A DNA stretch of 64,000 nt, from the NCBI GenBank assembly GCA_964613665.1, contig CAZTIG010000018.1, forward strand, positions 2,174-66,173, given 5' to 3'. Both the position numbers and the translations under genes were made by a program. Position 1 is the first letter of the stretch. Every line of letters begins with the position of its first letter. Shown here one piece after another: positions 36,553 through 48,367 of this stretch. The notes beneath the pieces are model-generated. The model was not told the origin of the DNA, made no database searches, and worked only from the letters and a program-made list of their open reading frames with translations. This DNA comes from an uncultured Chloroflexia bacterium (GTDB lineage Bacteria; Chloroflexota; Chloroflexia; DTKN01).

Positions 36553-36579
36553 CGCTACGCCTCCCCAGGAGGCGTAGCG
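36553..36579 (+). terminator. hairpin between the convergent rpsT and holA genes
   Basis: CGCTACGCCTC-5 nt-GAGGCGTAGCG, followed by CGCGUUUCG. Confidence 0.5.
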
Positions 36580-36599
36580 CGCGTTTCGACGAGGCCCCG

Positions 36600-37571
36600 C
36601 TAGCCCGCGCCGGAGATCTCCGTGACGACCAGCTCCAGCGCCACCTCGCCATCGCGCCGGCCGGTCTTGATGTCCCGCTCGACCTCCACCAGCCGGTGGT
36701 AGATGCGCTCCAAGTCCTCGCGCCGCAGCAGCTCGGCCTGGTCCACAACTTTCTCGGCCACGTACGGGTGTATCTTGAGCATACGCGCCACCTGCTCCGG
36801 CTGGCGCTGCCCGGCCGGCAGAGCCTTGGCCTGCAACAGCAGCCGGAACTGGCGCACGATCATCGTCATGAGGTAGAGCGGATGCTGACCGGCCAGGAGC
36901 AGACGCCGCAGCTCGAGCACCGCCCGCGCCCGCCGCCTCCGGCCGATCGCATCCACCAGGGCAAAGATGTCGCTCAAGCGGGCTCCGCTGGCCAGGTCCG
37001 CCACCAGCCGCTCACCGATCTGGCCCTGCGGGCCGACGTAGGTGACCAGCTTCTCCACCTCCTGGCGCAGCACAGAGGGGTCGGACCCCACCGTGGCCGC
37101 CAGCAGGGAGCATGCCGTCGGGTTGATCTCGGCTCCCTCGTCGCGCACGCGCTGGGCGATCCACTGCGCCACCTCCTGCGGCCGCGGCGCGGCGAACTCG
37201 CGCACCTCGCCGACCTGCCTGACCAGGGCGACCAGCGGCTGGCCTGCCCCCAGCGCGACGCGCTCGCGGAAGATCAGCACGGTGCTGGCGGCCACTCGCG
37301 GCAGGTACTCCCGCAGCTGGTCCACCAGGGCCGGCTCGTGGCCGCGCCCCTTTTCCAGGCGCGCGGCAAGCCCCTCGACAATGACCACTCGCTTGGGGGA
37401 GAGGAAGGGGAGCGCCTCGGCGTGCTCGCGCAGGGTGCTCAGCGCTAGGTCGGCCCCGTCGAGCCGGGTCACGGCCAGGTCGAGCACCTCCTGGGGGACC
37501 GCCTCGCGCAGGAGGCGGGCCAGGGCCTTCTCGGCAGCGATGACGTCGTCGCCGTGAAAGAGGTAGATCAT
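36600..37571 (-). CDS. holA: DNA polymerase III delta subunit
   Basis: MIYLFHGDDVIAAEKAL...LPFLSPKRVVIVEG... has delta-subunit-like length and pattern. Confidence 0.8.
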   Translation of the reverse strand: MIYLFHGDDVIAAEKALARLLREAVPQEVLDLAVTRLDGADLALSTLREHAEALPFLSPKRVVIVEGLAARLEKGRGHEPALVDQLREYLPRVAASTVLIFRERVALGAGQPLVALVRQVGEVREFAAPRPQEVAQWIAQRVRDEGAEINPTACSLLAATVGSDPSVLRQEVEKLVTYVGPQGQIGERLVADLASGARLSDIFALVDAIGRRRRARAVLELRRLLLAGQHPLYLMTMIVRQFRLLLQAKALPAGQRQPEQVARMLKIHPYVAEKVVDQAELLRREDLERIYHRLVEVERDIKTGRRDGEVALELVVTEISGAG

Positions 37572-37594
37572 GGCGTCCCTCGCCACAGGCACAC

Positions 37595-37791
37595 GAAAAC
37601 CCCACCATGCCGTAAGCTGGCCAAGTTCTAAACCGAGAGTCCACTCTCGGGGGAGCCGGTGTGGCGGTCCCGCGTTCCCGGGTCAGGTCCCGCCTGCCTG
37701 GTGTACGCAGCCCCGCCAGGGACTGGTTCCCAACGTAACCGGTGTTGGCTCAGAACTCTACTGCCAGCAGTACGCACACGGCAGGGTTTCT
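37595..37791 (-). ncRNA. rod-shaped structured RNA candidate: 6S-like on the minus strand (alternative: SRP/4.5S-like RNA on the plus strand)
   Basis: The 5' and 3' ends pair (37595-37613 with 37778-37790), and further helices are 37616-20/37764-68 and 37624-29/37752-57. There are two local hairpins and an apical domain. The minus-strand promoter places +1 at the base of the stem. The plus strand carries GGUCAGGUCC...GCAGCC. Confidence 0.4.
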
Positions 37792-37797
37792 AGCTGA

Positions 37798-37826
37798 ATT
37801 CTACCACAAATCCCCCTGGAACGCAA
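37798..37826 (-). promoter_or_regulatory. sigma-70 promoter driving the structured RNA and/or holA
   Basis: Minus strand reads TTGCGT-N17-(TGg)TAGAAT. Confidence 0.6.
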
Positions 37827-37875
37827 GTTGCGGAAAGCCGCGCCAAATCTCCCCTTTGGCTCGCGACAAGTGGTC

Positions 37876-38030
37876 CGGCCGCTAGGGCAACCGCAAACTC
37901 GCCGTCGGTGGGGAAGCCGCAGTGGAAACAGCCCGCATTGTGTGAGCTGTGATCTGGAATCGCCCGCAAGGCAAGCTCAAGTGGCGTGCCAGCCCTACAA
38001 ATTCCGACTTGCGGTTGCCCTAGCCGGCCG
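37876..38030. repeat. long-range inverted repeat element (21-bp arms around ~112 nt), either a MITE-like element or a structured RNA
   Basis: CGGCCGCTAGGGCAACCGCAA (37876-37896) pairs with TTGCGGTTGCCCTAG(C)CGGCCG (38009-38030). Nested helices are GTCGG/CCGAC and TGGGG/CCCTA. Confidence 0.5.
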
Positions 38031-38037
38031 CAGGGCC

Positions 38038-38066
38038 TTGCGCGCCGCCCCAAGCTGTTGTAGAAT
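38038..38066 (+). promoter_or_regulatory. sigma-70 promoter for the HTH / zinc-ribbon gene set
   Basis: TTGCGC-N17-TAGAAT. Confidence 0.55.
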
Positions 38067-38113
38067 AGGGCCAGGCGCGCACGCCCGCGCGCTGTTCGCC
38101 GAGCAGGAGAACT

Positions 38114-38368
38114 GTGATGACCGAGACCTGGATGACGTTGGAGGAGGCCGGCCGTGCCTTTGGCCTGACCAACGAGCAGCTCTGGGACCACATCATGGGG
38201 CGCGCCGGCGGCGGCCGGCTGACGGTGTACCGGCTGGGCAGGGGCAGCGAGGTGCGCGTCCGCTACCAGGACATGCTCGCTCTCCTCGAGCCGGTCCTGG
38301 ACGAGCAGGAGCTCGCCGACCTGGAAAGGACCTCGTCCCGCCCGCGCCCGGCCGGCCGCATCCTCTGA
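38114..38368 (+). CDS. excisionase/MerR-like helix-turn-helix protein
   Basis: MTLEEAGRAFGLTNEQLWDHI...LTVYRLGRGSEVRVRYQDMLALL is an HTH_17-like pattern. The start is GTG 38114 or ATG 38117, after AGGAG. Confidence 0.65.
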   Translation: MMTETWMTLEEAGRAFGLTNEQLWDHIMGRAGGGRLTVYRLGRGSEVRVRYQDMLALLEPVLDEQELADLERTSSRPRPAGRIL

Positions 38369-38393
38369 CCACCCGCGGCTGCGAGGTGCAACG

Positions 38394-38567
38394 ATGGCCG
38401 CCTGCCCCGACTGCGACGCCCATATCACCCTCCCCGCATCGGCGTACGTGGGCCAGCCGCTCGTCTGCCCGGAGTGCGGCTGCGCGCTCGAGGTGAGCAG
38501 CCTGGAGCCACCGACGGTGGACTATGCCGCGGGCGCGCCGGACGCGCCCGACGCCGAGGACTGGTGA
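38394..38567 (+). CDS. LysW-like zinc-ribbon carrier-protein homolog lacking the terminal Gly-Glu
   Basis: The 57-aa protein MAACPDCDAHITLPASAYVGQPLVCPECGCALEVSSLEPPTVDYAAGAPDAPDAEDW has two CxxC pairs, and the LEV..L.P...acidic...EDW layout matches the LysW I recall. GAGGTG lies before the ATG. Too short for the ORF track. Confidence 0.55.
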   Translation: MAACPDCDAHITLPASAYVGQPLVCPECGCALEVSSLEPPTVDYAAGAPDAPDAEDW

Positions 38568-38706
38568 CGTGCCGGCCCCGGGCCGTGCGGGGCCGATTCC
38601 GCAGGAGTGCTGACAGCCGAACGGGGCCGTGCCATCGTGCCAGGCCCGCCGTGGCCCGGCAGAGCGCACGTCCCCACGATGCCCGACAGGTCTGCAGGAG
38701 GATATC

Positions 38707-38868
38707 ATGGTCGAACCGGCCGAAGAGCAGCCCCTGATCTGCCCAGAGTGCGGAAAGGAGCTCTGGTACGACGAGGAGGACGAGGCCTGGGTCTGCGAGA
38801 ACTGCGGCGTCGAGCTGTACGACGAGTGGGCCGAGGAGGAGGAAGGCCAGGACCACGAAGGGCTCTAG
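38707..38868 (+). CDS. acidic zinc-ribbon mini-protein (53 aa)
   Basis: MVEPAEEQPLICPECGKELWYDEEDEAWVCENCGVELYDEWAEEEEGQDHEGL. AGGAGG lies 5 nt before the ATG. Confidence 0.55.
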   Translation: MVEPAEEQPLICPECGKELWYDEEDEAWVCENCGVELYDEWAEEEEGQDHEGL

Positions 38869-38877
38869 GAGGACGCC

Positions 38878-39027
38878 ATGCCCCAACCGGCCGAGGAAGG
38901 CCCCATCATCTGCCCCGAGTGCGGTGGAGAGCTGCTGTACGACAGGGAAGGAGCGTGCTGGGTCTGCGACACCTGCGCGCTCGAGTTCGACGAAGAGGAC
39001 TGGGAGATCGTGGACGAGGAGCAGTAG
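38878..39027 (+). CDS. acidic zinc-ribbon mini-protein (49 aa), paralog of the previous gene
   Basis: MPQPAEEGPIICPECGGELLYDREGACWVCDTCALEFDEEDWEIVDEEQ. AGGAGG lies before the ATG, which is 9 nt after the previous stop. Confidence 0.55.
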   Translation: MPQPAEEGPIICPECGGELLYDREGACWVCDTCALEFDEEDWEIVDEEQ

Positions 39028-39055
39028 CCGAGGTGGCCCCGCGGTCCCGCTCTCT

Positions 39056-39084
39056 TTGACAAAACGCCCTGTTGCGGGTATGAT
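39056..39084 (+). promoter_or_regulatory. consensus sigma-70 promoter for ppdK
   Basis: TTGACA-N17-TATGAT. Confidence 0.7.
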
Positions 39085-39188
39085 ACTCGCTTGGCACACG
39101 AACGCCGCCCGGTTGCACACAGTTTCCGCTCGCTCTCGGGCGATGCCGATCGACGTGGGGCGATGCCCCCCAGAGGAGGTTGAGCACG

Positions 39189-42113
<2,925 letters not shown>

Positions 42114-42229
42114 GGCTGGAGATCAAAGTTCGAATCTGAAGTTCGGACCCCCACGAAGGACGCACCGAACCAGGCGCCGAGGACACTCCCAGCCTCGGGG
42201 CCCGGTTGCTCATGCCCGATGCCGGCCCC

Positions 42230-43291
42230 CTACCTCCTCGCCCGCTGGTTCCACCGCTCCAGCTTCGCCAGCTGCTCCAGCGTGGCAAAGACGACGACCT
42301 TGTCCCCTCCTTGCAGGCACGCCTCTGCTGCCGGGTGCATGTCGCGCTGCTGCCCGCGCTGTAGAAAGACCACCGACAGGTCCGCCATCTCCTCCAGTTG
42401 CTGCACCGTCCGGCCGACCAGCTGCCCTCCCGCCCGCACCACCATCTCGCTCACATTCATCACCTGGCCCTCCAGGACGAACGAGTGGGTCACGCCCTCG
42501 CGGATGGCCGCCGTGGCAAAGGCCGGCGCGGCGATGGCCGAGGCGCTGAGGGCCATCTGCACGCCAAAGATCGGTCCCAGCTTCTCCGCCAGATCGGCAT
42601 CGAACATGCGCAGCACCACCCGGATGTCCGGGTTCAGTTGGCGGGCCTTGATCACGACGTCCAGGTTCGTCAGGTCGTTGTTGGTGGCCACAACGATGGC
42701 CTGGGCGCGCTCCGTCCCGGCCTGTCGCAGCACCTCCAGGTCGGTCGCATCACCGGCGAGGACCACTGCACCCGCCCGCCGGGCGCGCTCGATAAAGGCC
42801 ACCCGCGTGTCCAACTCGATCGCCACGACCTCCTGCCCGAACTCCAGCAGCTGCCGGAGCACGCGGAAGCCCACGTGCCCCAGGCCGCACACGACCACGT
42901 GCTGGGAATAGGTCGATGCCAGGGCCACGGTCCACTCTCCTGATGGATTGCGCCTGTCCAGGAGGAGCAGGCTGAAGCTGATGATCCCCTCGGCGACGAC
43001 GCCGAGCCCCAGGATGGGCACGACGAAAAAGAGCACCTCCAGCGGCCCCTCGGGGAAAGGCAGGCTCGACTGGAAAAAGAGCATGCTGAAAGCGCCGTAG
43101 AGAGCTTGGCCGAAGGAGATTCCCTGCTGCGTGGTCGGGTCGACATAGGCCAGCCACAGGATGAGCGTGCCCAGGACGATGATGGCGACAAAAACGCTCA
43201 GGGAAAGGCGGAAGCGGCGCCACAGCAGGATGGTGACGCGCACGTTGGCCAGCAGGAGCCGGCGCAGGCGCAGCAGCCAGCGGCGCAGCAT
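42230..43291 (-). CDS. channel-like membrane protein with RCK (TrkA-N/TrkA-C) domains and a degenerate pore motif
   Basis: Two TM helices plus a pore-like segment, but FSMLFFQSSLPFPEG stands where TVGYG is expected. Rossmann motif VVCGLGHVG and a TrkA-C-like end. Confidence 0.75.
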   Translation of the reverse strand: MLRRWLLRLRRLLLANVRVTILLWRRFRLSLSVFVAIIVLGTLILWLAYVDPTTQQGISFGQALYGAFSMLFFQSSLPFPEGPLEVLFFVVPILGLGVVAEGIISFSLLLLDRRNPSGEWTVALASTYSQHVVVCGLGHVGFRVLRQLLEFGQEVVAIELDTRVAFIERARRAGAVVLAGDATDLEVLRQAGTERAQAIVVATNNDLTNLDVVIKARQLNPDIRVVLRMFDADLAEKLGPIFGVQMALSASAIAAPAFATAAIREGVTHSFVLEGQVMNVSEMVVRAGGQLVGRTVQQLEEMADLSVVFLQRGQQRDMHPAAEACLQGGDKVVVFATLEQLAKLERWNQRARR

Positions 43292-43298
43292 CTCGCCC

Positions 43299-44009
43299 TC
43301 ACTCGATCGGCAGCCAGGCCACCAGCGATCGCACCGGCACCGCGCTCTCCTCGGCCGGCGAGATCGTCACCACCACGACGCTGGCGTCGTCGTGCGGCCG
43401 GCCCTGTTCCAGCGCGACGGCCTCGGCCAGGAGCGCGTCGGCCAGCGCCTGGGCCGAGGACCAACCCCGGGCCAGCCAACGCTCCAGGAAGGCCCGCACA
43501 TCCAGCCTCGTCCCCTGGCGCTCGCCAGCATTGACCACCCCGTCGCTGGTCACGACGACGCCGCTGTGCTCCTGCAGTGGCCGCTCCACAATGACCGGCT
43601 TGGTCCCCGGATAGATCCCGATGGGCGTAACGACCTCGTCGTGGACCTCGACGCCCTCCGTGGAGATATAGTAGGCCGGGCACTGGTCGTTGCGCGACAG
43701 GACCAGCGTCCGCGTCCGCAGGTCCACCGAGACGATGTCCAGCGTGGCCGTCACGTGGCCCTGGCGCAACGTGTAGAGGTAGTCGTGCACCGACCGCGCC
43801 ACCGCCCCGTCGCGCGTACCCTCCTTGATCAGCATCGCCCCCCGGCTGACGATGAGGTTGCTGATCGTCTTGGCGGCCGGGCCGCTCCCCTGGGCGTCCA
43901 CGAGCAGAATGGACAGGCCGCCGTGCGGCCGCTCCACGATCTCGACCGTGTCCCCGCTCTCGCGGCTGGCGTACTTGTGGGTTTTGGCGACGGCGACCTG
44001 GACCAGCAT
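43299..44009 (-). CDS. PP2C/SpoIIE-family serine phosphatase (stand-alone domain)
   Basis: ESGDTVEIVE...LLVDAQGSG...VLSRNDQCPAYY...VVVTSDGV...HDDASVVVV. The ATG lies 2 nt after the purA stop. Confidence 0.8.
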   Translation of the reverse strand: MLVQVAVAKTHKYASRESGDTVEIVERPHGGLSILLVDAQGSGPAAKTISNLIVSRGAMLIKEGTRDGAVARSVHDYLYTLRQGHVTATLDIVSVDLRTRTLVLSRNDQCPAYYISTEGVEVHDEVVTPIGIYPGTKPVIVERPLQEHSGVVVTSDGVVNAGERQGTRLDVRAFLERWLARGWSSAQALADALLAEAVALEQGRPHDDASVVVVTISPAEESAVPVRSLVAWLPIE

Positions 44010-44011
44010 GG

Positions 44012-45295
<1,284 letters not shown>

Positions 45296-45352
45296 CACCA
45301 CACCTCAAAGATGGAGATGGAGATGGGAAAGAGCATCAGGATGTATGTATCC

Positions 45353-45381
45353 ATTATACACGATCAAGGGCCGTTTGCCCA
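45353..45381 (-). promoter_or_regulatory. promoter for purA-PP2C-RCK
   Basis: Minus strand reads TGGGCA-N17-TATAAT. The leader contains CCATCT x3. Confidence 0.5.
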
Positions 45382-45509
45382 CCCATACTTCTTTCCTATC
45401 TTCCGCGCGCGCCGGCGCCTGCTGCCGGCCCGGCAGCGAAAAGCAGAAGCGGCAGGGACGCTGCGTGCGACGCCACTGCCGCGGAAGAGAGGCAGTCCCC
45501 GGGTTTGCC

Positions 45510-45965
45510 CTACTGCTCCTGCAGCAGGCTGTCCACCTCCTCGCGGATATCGTGCAGGTCGGCGAAGGAGCGGTAGACCGAGGCGAAGCGGATGTAGGCG
45601 ATGGTGTCGATCCCGCGCAGCTTCTCCATGACCAGCTCGCCGATGGCGCGGCTGGAGACCTCCTCGTTGGCCGTGGCGAAGAGAGCAGTCTCGGTCTCGT
45701 CGATCACGCGCTGGATGGCCTCGGCAGGGATGGGGCGCTTGCCGCAGGCCACGCGGATGCCATACTCCAACTTGCGGCGGTCGTACGGCTCGCGCCGGCC
45801 GTCCTTCTTCACCACCGCCAGGCTGATCGGCTCCACCCGCTCGTAGGTGGTGAAGCGCCGCCCACACTCGCGGCACTGCCGCCTGCGGCGGACGGCCTCC
45901 ACATCGAAGATCTCGCGCGTGTCGATGACCCGGGAGTCGCTCGCCCGGCAGAATGGACATCTCAT
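45510..45965 (-). CDS. nrdR: transcriptional repressor NrdR
   Basis: MRCPFCRASDSRVIDTR...CRECGRRFTTYE zinc ribbon plus an ATP-cone. Confidence 0.95.
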   Translation of the reverse strand: MRCPFCRASDSRVIDTREIFDVEAVRRRRQCRECGRRFTTYERVEPISLAVVKKDGRREPYDRRKLEYGIRVACGKRPIPAEAIQRVIDETETALFATANEEVSSRAIGELVMEKLRGIDTIAYIRFASVYRSFADLHDIREEVDSLLQEQ

Positions 45966-46022
45966 GGCACCCGCTCCTGGCTAGTCTCAAGGTCGGCAAT
46001 CCAGGCTCCCCCCGTCCTTGCC

Positions 46023-46051
46023 ATTATAGTACACTTTGGCCGTTTCGACAA
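46023..46051 (-). promoter_or_regulatory. sigma-70 promoter for nrdR
   Basis: Minus strand reads TTGTCG-N17-TATAAT. Confidence 0.6.
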
Positions 46052-46147
46052 GTGGCAATCGCGAAGCGGCACGGCCACAAAAGTCGCCGGCCTTGACCGG
46101 CAAGTGCCCGGCCCCGGCAACGACACGACGCCGCCTATGCAGGGGCG

Positions 46148-46209
46148 GCGCAATGGCACGGCCGTGTCGCGCTTCGTGCAGGCCGGGCGCTTGCCATTCG
46201 TGGTGCACC
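46148..46209 (-). repeat. copy B of the ~62-nt intergenic repeat (GGTGCACCACGAATGG...)
   Basis: Reverse complement of 46148-46209 aligns with 29332-29393 (53 of 62 nt). It contains the hairpin AATGGCA...TGCCATT. Confidence 0.9.
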
Positions 46210-46399
46210 ACCGCGACCTTGATATGGCCATGGCGGAACCGGCGCCCGCCGTATTCGCAGGTCGACCCTGGCGCGCTCCGCCCGCAATCAGATGCTCGCC
46301 GAGTTGGGGTGGCCCGACGCGCCCGGCGCAGCGTGAGCTCCCATCGGGCCAGGCGGAGCGCTGCCGTGTTGCACCGTCGAGAGTGGCACGCACCCGCGC

Positions 46400-46816
46400 T
46401 CAGCCGTGCAGCGCGGCGCGGACGCGCGCGGCCACCGCATCCAGCGGCTCCGCGTTGCGCGCCAGCTGTCCCCGCGCCAGGGGTAGGCCGTCGCCATACC
46501 AGCGCGGGATCAGGTGCACGTGCAGGTGCGGAACCACCTGGCCGGCAGCGCGCCCGTTGTTCTGCAGCACGGCGAGGCCGTCCGGCTGCAGCGCCTGCCG
46601 CAGCGCGCGGCCTACCCGCGCAACCAGCTCCATCAGCACGGCCCCCGTCTCTTCATCGATCTCCCAGATGGCTTGCCAGTGCACCCGCGGGATCACCAGG
46701 GTGTGCCCGGGCGCGGCCGGCTGCACGTCGAGAAAGGCGAGGGCGGCCTCCTCTTGGCAGAGGATCTCGGCCGGGGCCCGCCCGGCGGCGATGGCGCAGA
46801 AGATGCAGTCCTCCAT
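46400..46816 (-). CDS. HIT-family (histidine triad) protein
   Basis: CIFCAI...PGHTLVIP...VPHLHVHLIP. Confidence 0.9.
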   Translation of the reverse strand: MEDCIFCAIAAGRAPAEILCQEEAALAFLDVQPAAPGHTLVIPRVHWQAIWEIDEETGAVLMELVARVGRALRQALQPDGLAVLQNNGRAAGQVVPHLHVHLIPRWYGDGLPLARGQLARNAEPLDAVAARVRAALHG

Positions 46817-46829
46817 GGCCGCGGGCCCC

Positions 46830-47375
46830 CTAGGCCACTTTCCGCGGGTGGATCCACTCCGAGACCCAGCGGTAGCGAAAGTCCTTGCCGTCGAGCACGT
46901 GGAGTGCCCCGACGCAGCCGTAGATCAGGCTGCCCACGGTCACCACGGCGGTGAGCGCCGAGATGCCCAGCGCCAGCGGCAGCAGGCAGAAGCCGACCCC
47001 GATGAACATCAGCGGGATCGTCACAAGCCACAGGATGCCCGTGATGATCCCCAGCACCAGCCCTACCAGCATGGCCAGCCCCTGGAAGACGAACGCCTGC
47101 AGGGCGTGCCAGGACACGTACTCTGACTTTTTCTCGTACAAGAAGCTCAGGACCAGCGCCAGGACGGGGCCACCGATGCCGGTGATCAGGTTGAGGAGGA
47201 TCCCGCCATGGGCCAGCGCCGCGACCCGGCGCTCCTCGGCAGTCAGGCGCGGCACAGCCTCCAGCGCCACGGCGGGCTCTGCCAGCACCGGCAAGTCGCC
47301 TGCCGGCGGCACTGGTCCGGGCGGGGCCGGCTCCGCCTGCAGCACGGGAGCCTCGTCCTTTCTCTTTCGCGGCAT
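46830..47375 (-). CDS. DUF4870-like membrane protein
   Basis: Pro-rich N-terminus, then AALAHGGILLNLITGIGGPVLALVLS...SWHALQAFVFQ. ATG 47375 lies 5 nt after AGGAGGG and is preferred over ATG 47396. Confidence 0.6.
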   Translation of the reverse strand: MPRKRKDEAPVLQAEPAPPGPVPPAGDLPVLAEPAVALEAVPRLTAEERRVAALAHGGILLNLITGIGGPVLALVLSFLYEKKSEYVSWHALQAFVFQGLAMLVGLVLGIITGILWLVTIPLMFIGVGFCLLPLALGISALTAVVTVGSLIYGCVGALHVLDGKDFRYRWVSEWIHPRKVA

Positions 47376-47397
47376 CGTTTCCCTCCTGTTGCCCATG

Positions 47398-48348
47398 TCA
47401 GCGCCGGGAGGGGCCGACCACCTGGCTGCAGGTGCCCACGCGGCTCAGGACGACCGCCCCGACTCCGGCGCTGGCCAGCAGCACGGCACAGGCCGGCCCC
47501 CACCAGGGGGCGACCACGGCCGGCAGCACCGTCAGCACGACCAGGATGGCCAGGCCCAGCGCGGTGGACAACCCGGCCGGCAGAGCCTGCAGCCGCGCCC
47601 GCAGGGCCTCGCCCAACGCCATGCCGCCCACCGTCAGCCCGGCCAGGTACAGCAGCAGCACCGGCAGGACGAGCACCGGGACCAACACCACCCCCACCAC
47701 CGTGAGCAGGAGCAGCAGGAGCGCCACCGGGACGATTGCGGCCAGCAGGATGGTGCTGGCCACTCCCAGCCCCAGGCTCGGGAGAAACCGCCCCCGCAGT
47801 GTCTCCACCACGGCCTGGCTGCGCCGCGGCCAACAGGCCCGCAGGCCCCAGGCCAGCAGCAGGCACAGGCCCAGCGCCACGGCCGCGGCCAGCGCGGCGC
47901 CGCCCAGCTGAGCCCACAGCGAGGCCTCCGGACGGTCGTATACGCTTTCCCACCCCGCCACGGCCGGCCCGCCCACGAGCACGCCGCCGCGGACGGCGCT
48001 GCCCGCCTCCATGTGCAGCAGGCCGCCCAGGACGCTCACGTCCCCGGCGACCTGCGCGCGGCCCTGCAGCAGAACCTCGCCGGCCAGGCTGACCACGTCC
48101 CCCTCCACCTGGCCGCTGACCCAGACCGATCCGCCGATAGCAACGGCGCTTCCGCCGACCCGCCCGCGCACGACGACATCCCCGCCGATGGCGACAGCAT
48201 CGCCGGCACATGACTCGCCCGCGGGGACGATCACATCCTGGCCCACGCGGATGCACTGCGGACCCTGGGCCAGGGCCGGCCGGACCAGGAGGAAGGCCCC
48301 CCCGAGCACGGCCACAGCGATGGCAGCAGCGACCACGATCCGCGGCAT
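47398..48348 (-). CDS. bactofilin-repeat (polymer-forming cytoskeletal-like) domain fused to a polytopic membrane domain
   Basis: Signal/TM segment, then GDAVAIGGDVVVRGRVGGSAVAIGGSVWVSGQVEGDVVSLAGEVLLQG beta-helix repeats, then about 5 TM helices. ATG 48348 follows GGAGGA. Confidence 0.65.
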   Translation of the reverse strand: MPRIVVAAAIAVAVLGGAFLLVRPALAQGPQCIRVGQDVIVPAGESCAGDAVAIGGDVVVRGRVGGSAVAIGGSVWVSGQVEGDVVSLAGEVLLQGRAQVAGDVSVLGGLLHMEAGSAVRGGVLVGGPAVAGWESVYDRPEASLWAQLGGAALAAAVALGLCLLLAWGLRACWPRRSQAVVETLRGRFLPSLGLGVASTILLAAIVPVALLLLLLTVVGVVLVPVLVLPVLLLYLAGLTVGGMALGEALRARLQALPAGLSTALGLAILVVLTVLPAVVAPWWGPACAVLLASAGVGAVVLSRVGTCSQVVGPSRR

Positions 48349-48367
48349 CCGTTCCTCCGCGATCCGC

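Noticed and set aside
37900-38000. Partial resemblance of the inverted-repeat element interior to cobalamin (GGGGAAGCC...CAGCCCGCAUUGUGUGAG) or TPP (UGAUCUGGAAUCGCC...GCAAGG) riboswitch cores.
   Set aside because: There is no B12 box (GCCACUG), no complete TPP P2-P5 architecture, no related downstream gene, and the element lies upstream of the promoter rather than in a leader.
38114-39027. A prophage or integrative-element remnant, suggested by the excisionase-like HTH, small Zn-ribbon genes and the nearby inverted repeats.
   Set aside because: There is no integrase, transposase, tRNA attachment site, phage structural gene or compositional shift visible anywhere in the window. It is kept only as an alternative in the finding.
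42121-42160. GTTCGAATC, resembling a tRNA T-loop, downstream of ppdK.
   Set aside because: The flanking bases do not form a T-stem, and no acceptor, D or anticodon arms can be drawn on either strand.
45987-46211. A 74-aa ORF (MVHHEWQAPGLHEARH...) whose N-terminus recurs at 29334 and 14354, suggesting a conserved small protein.
   Set aside because: The similarity is explained by the shared DNA repeat. The substitutions between copies are not biased to synonymous sites, and the ORF runs through the nrdR promoter and lacks an SD.
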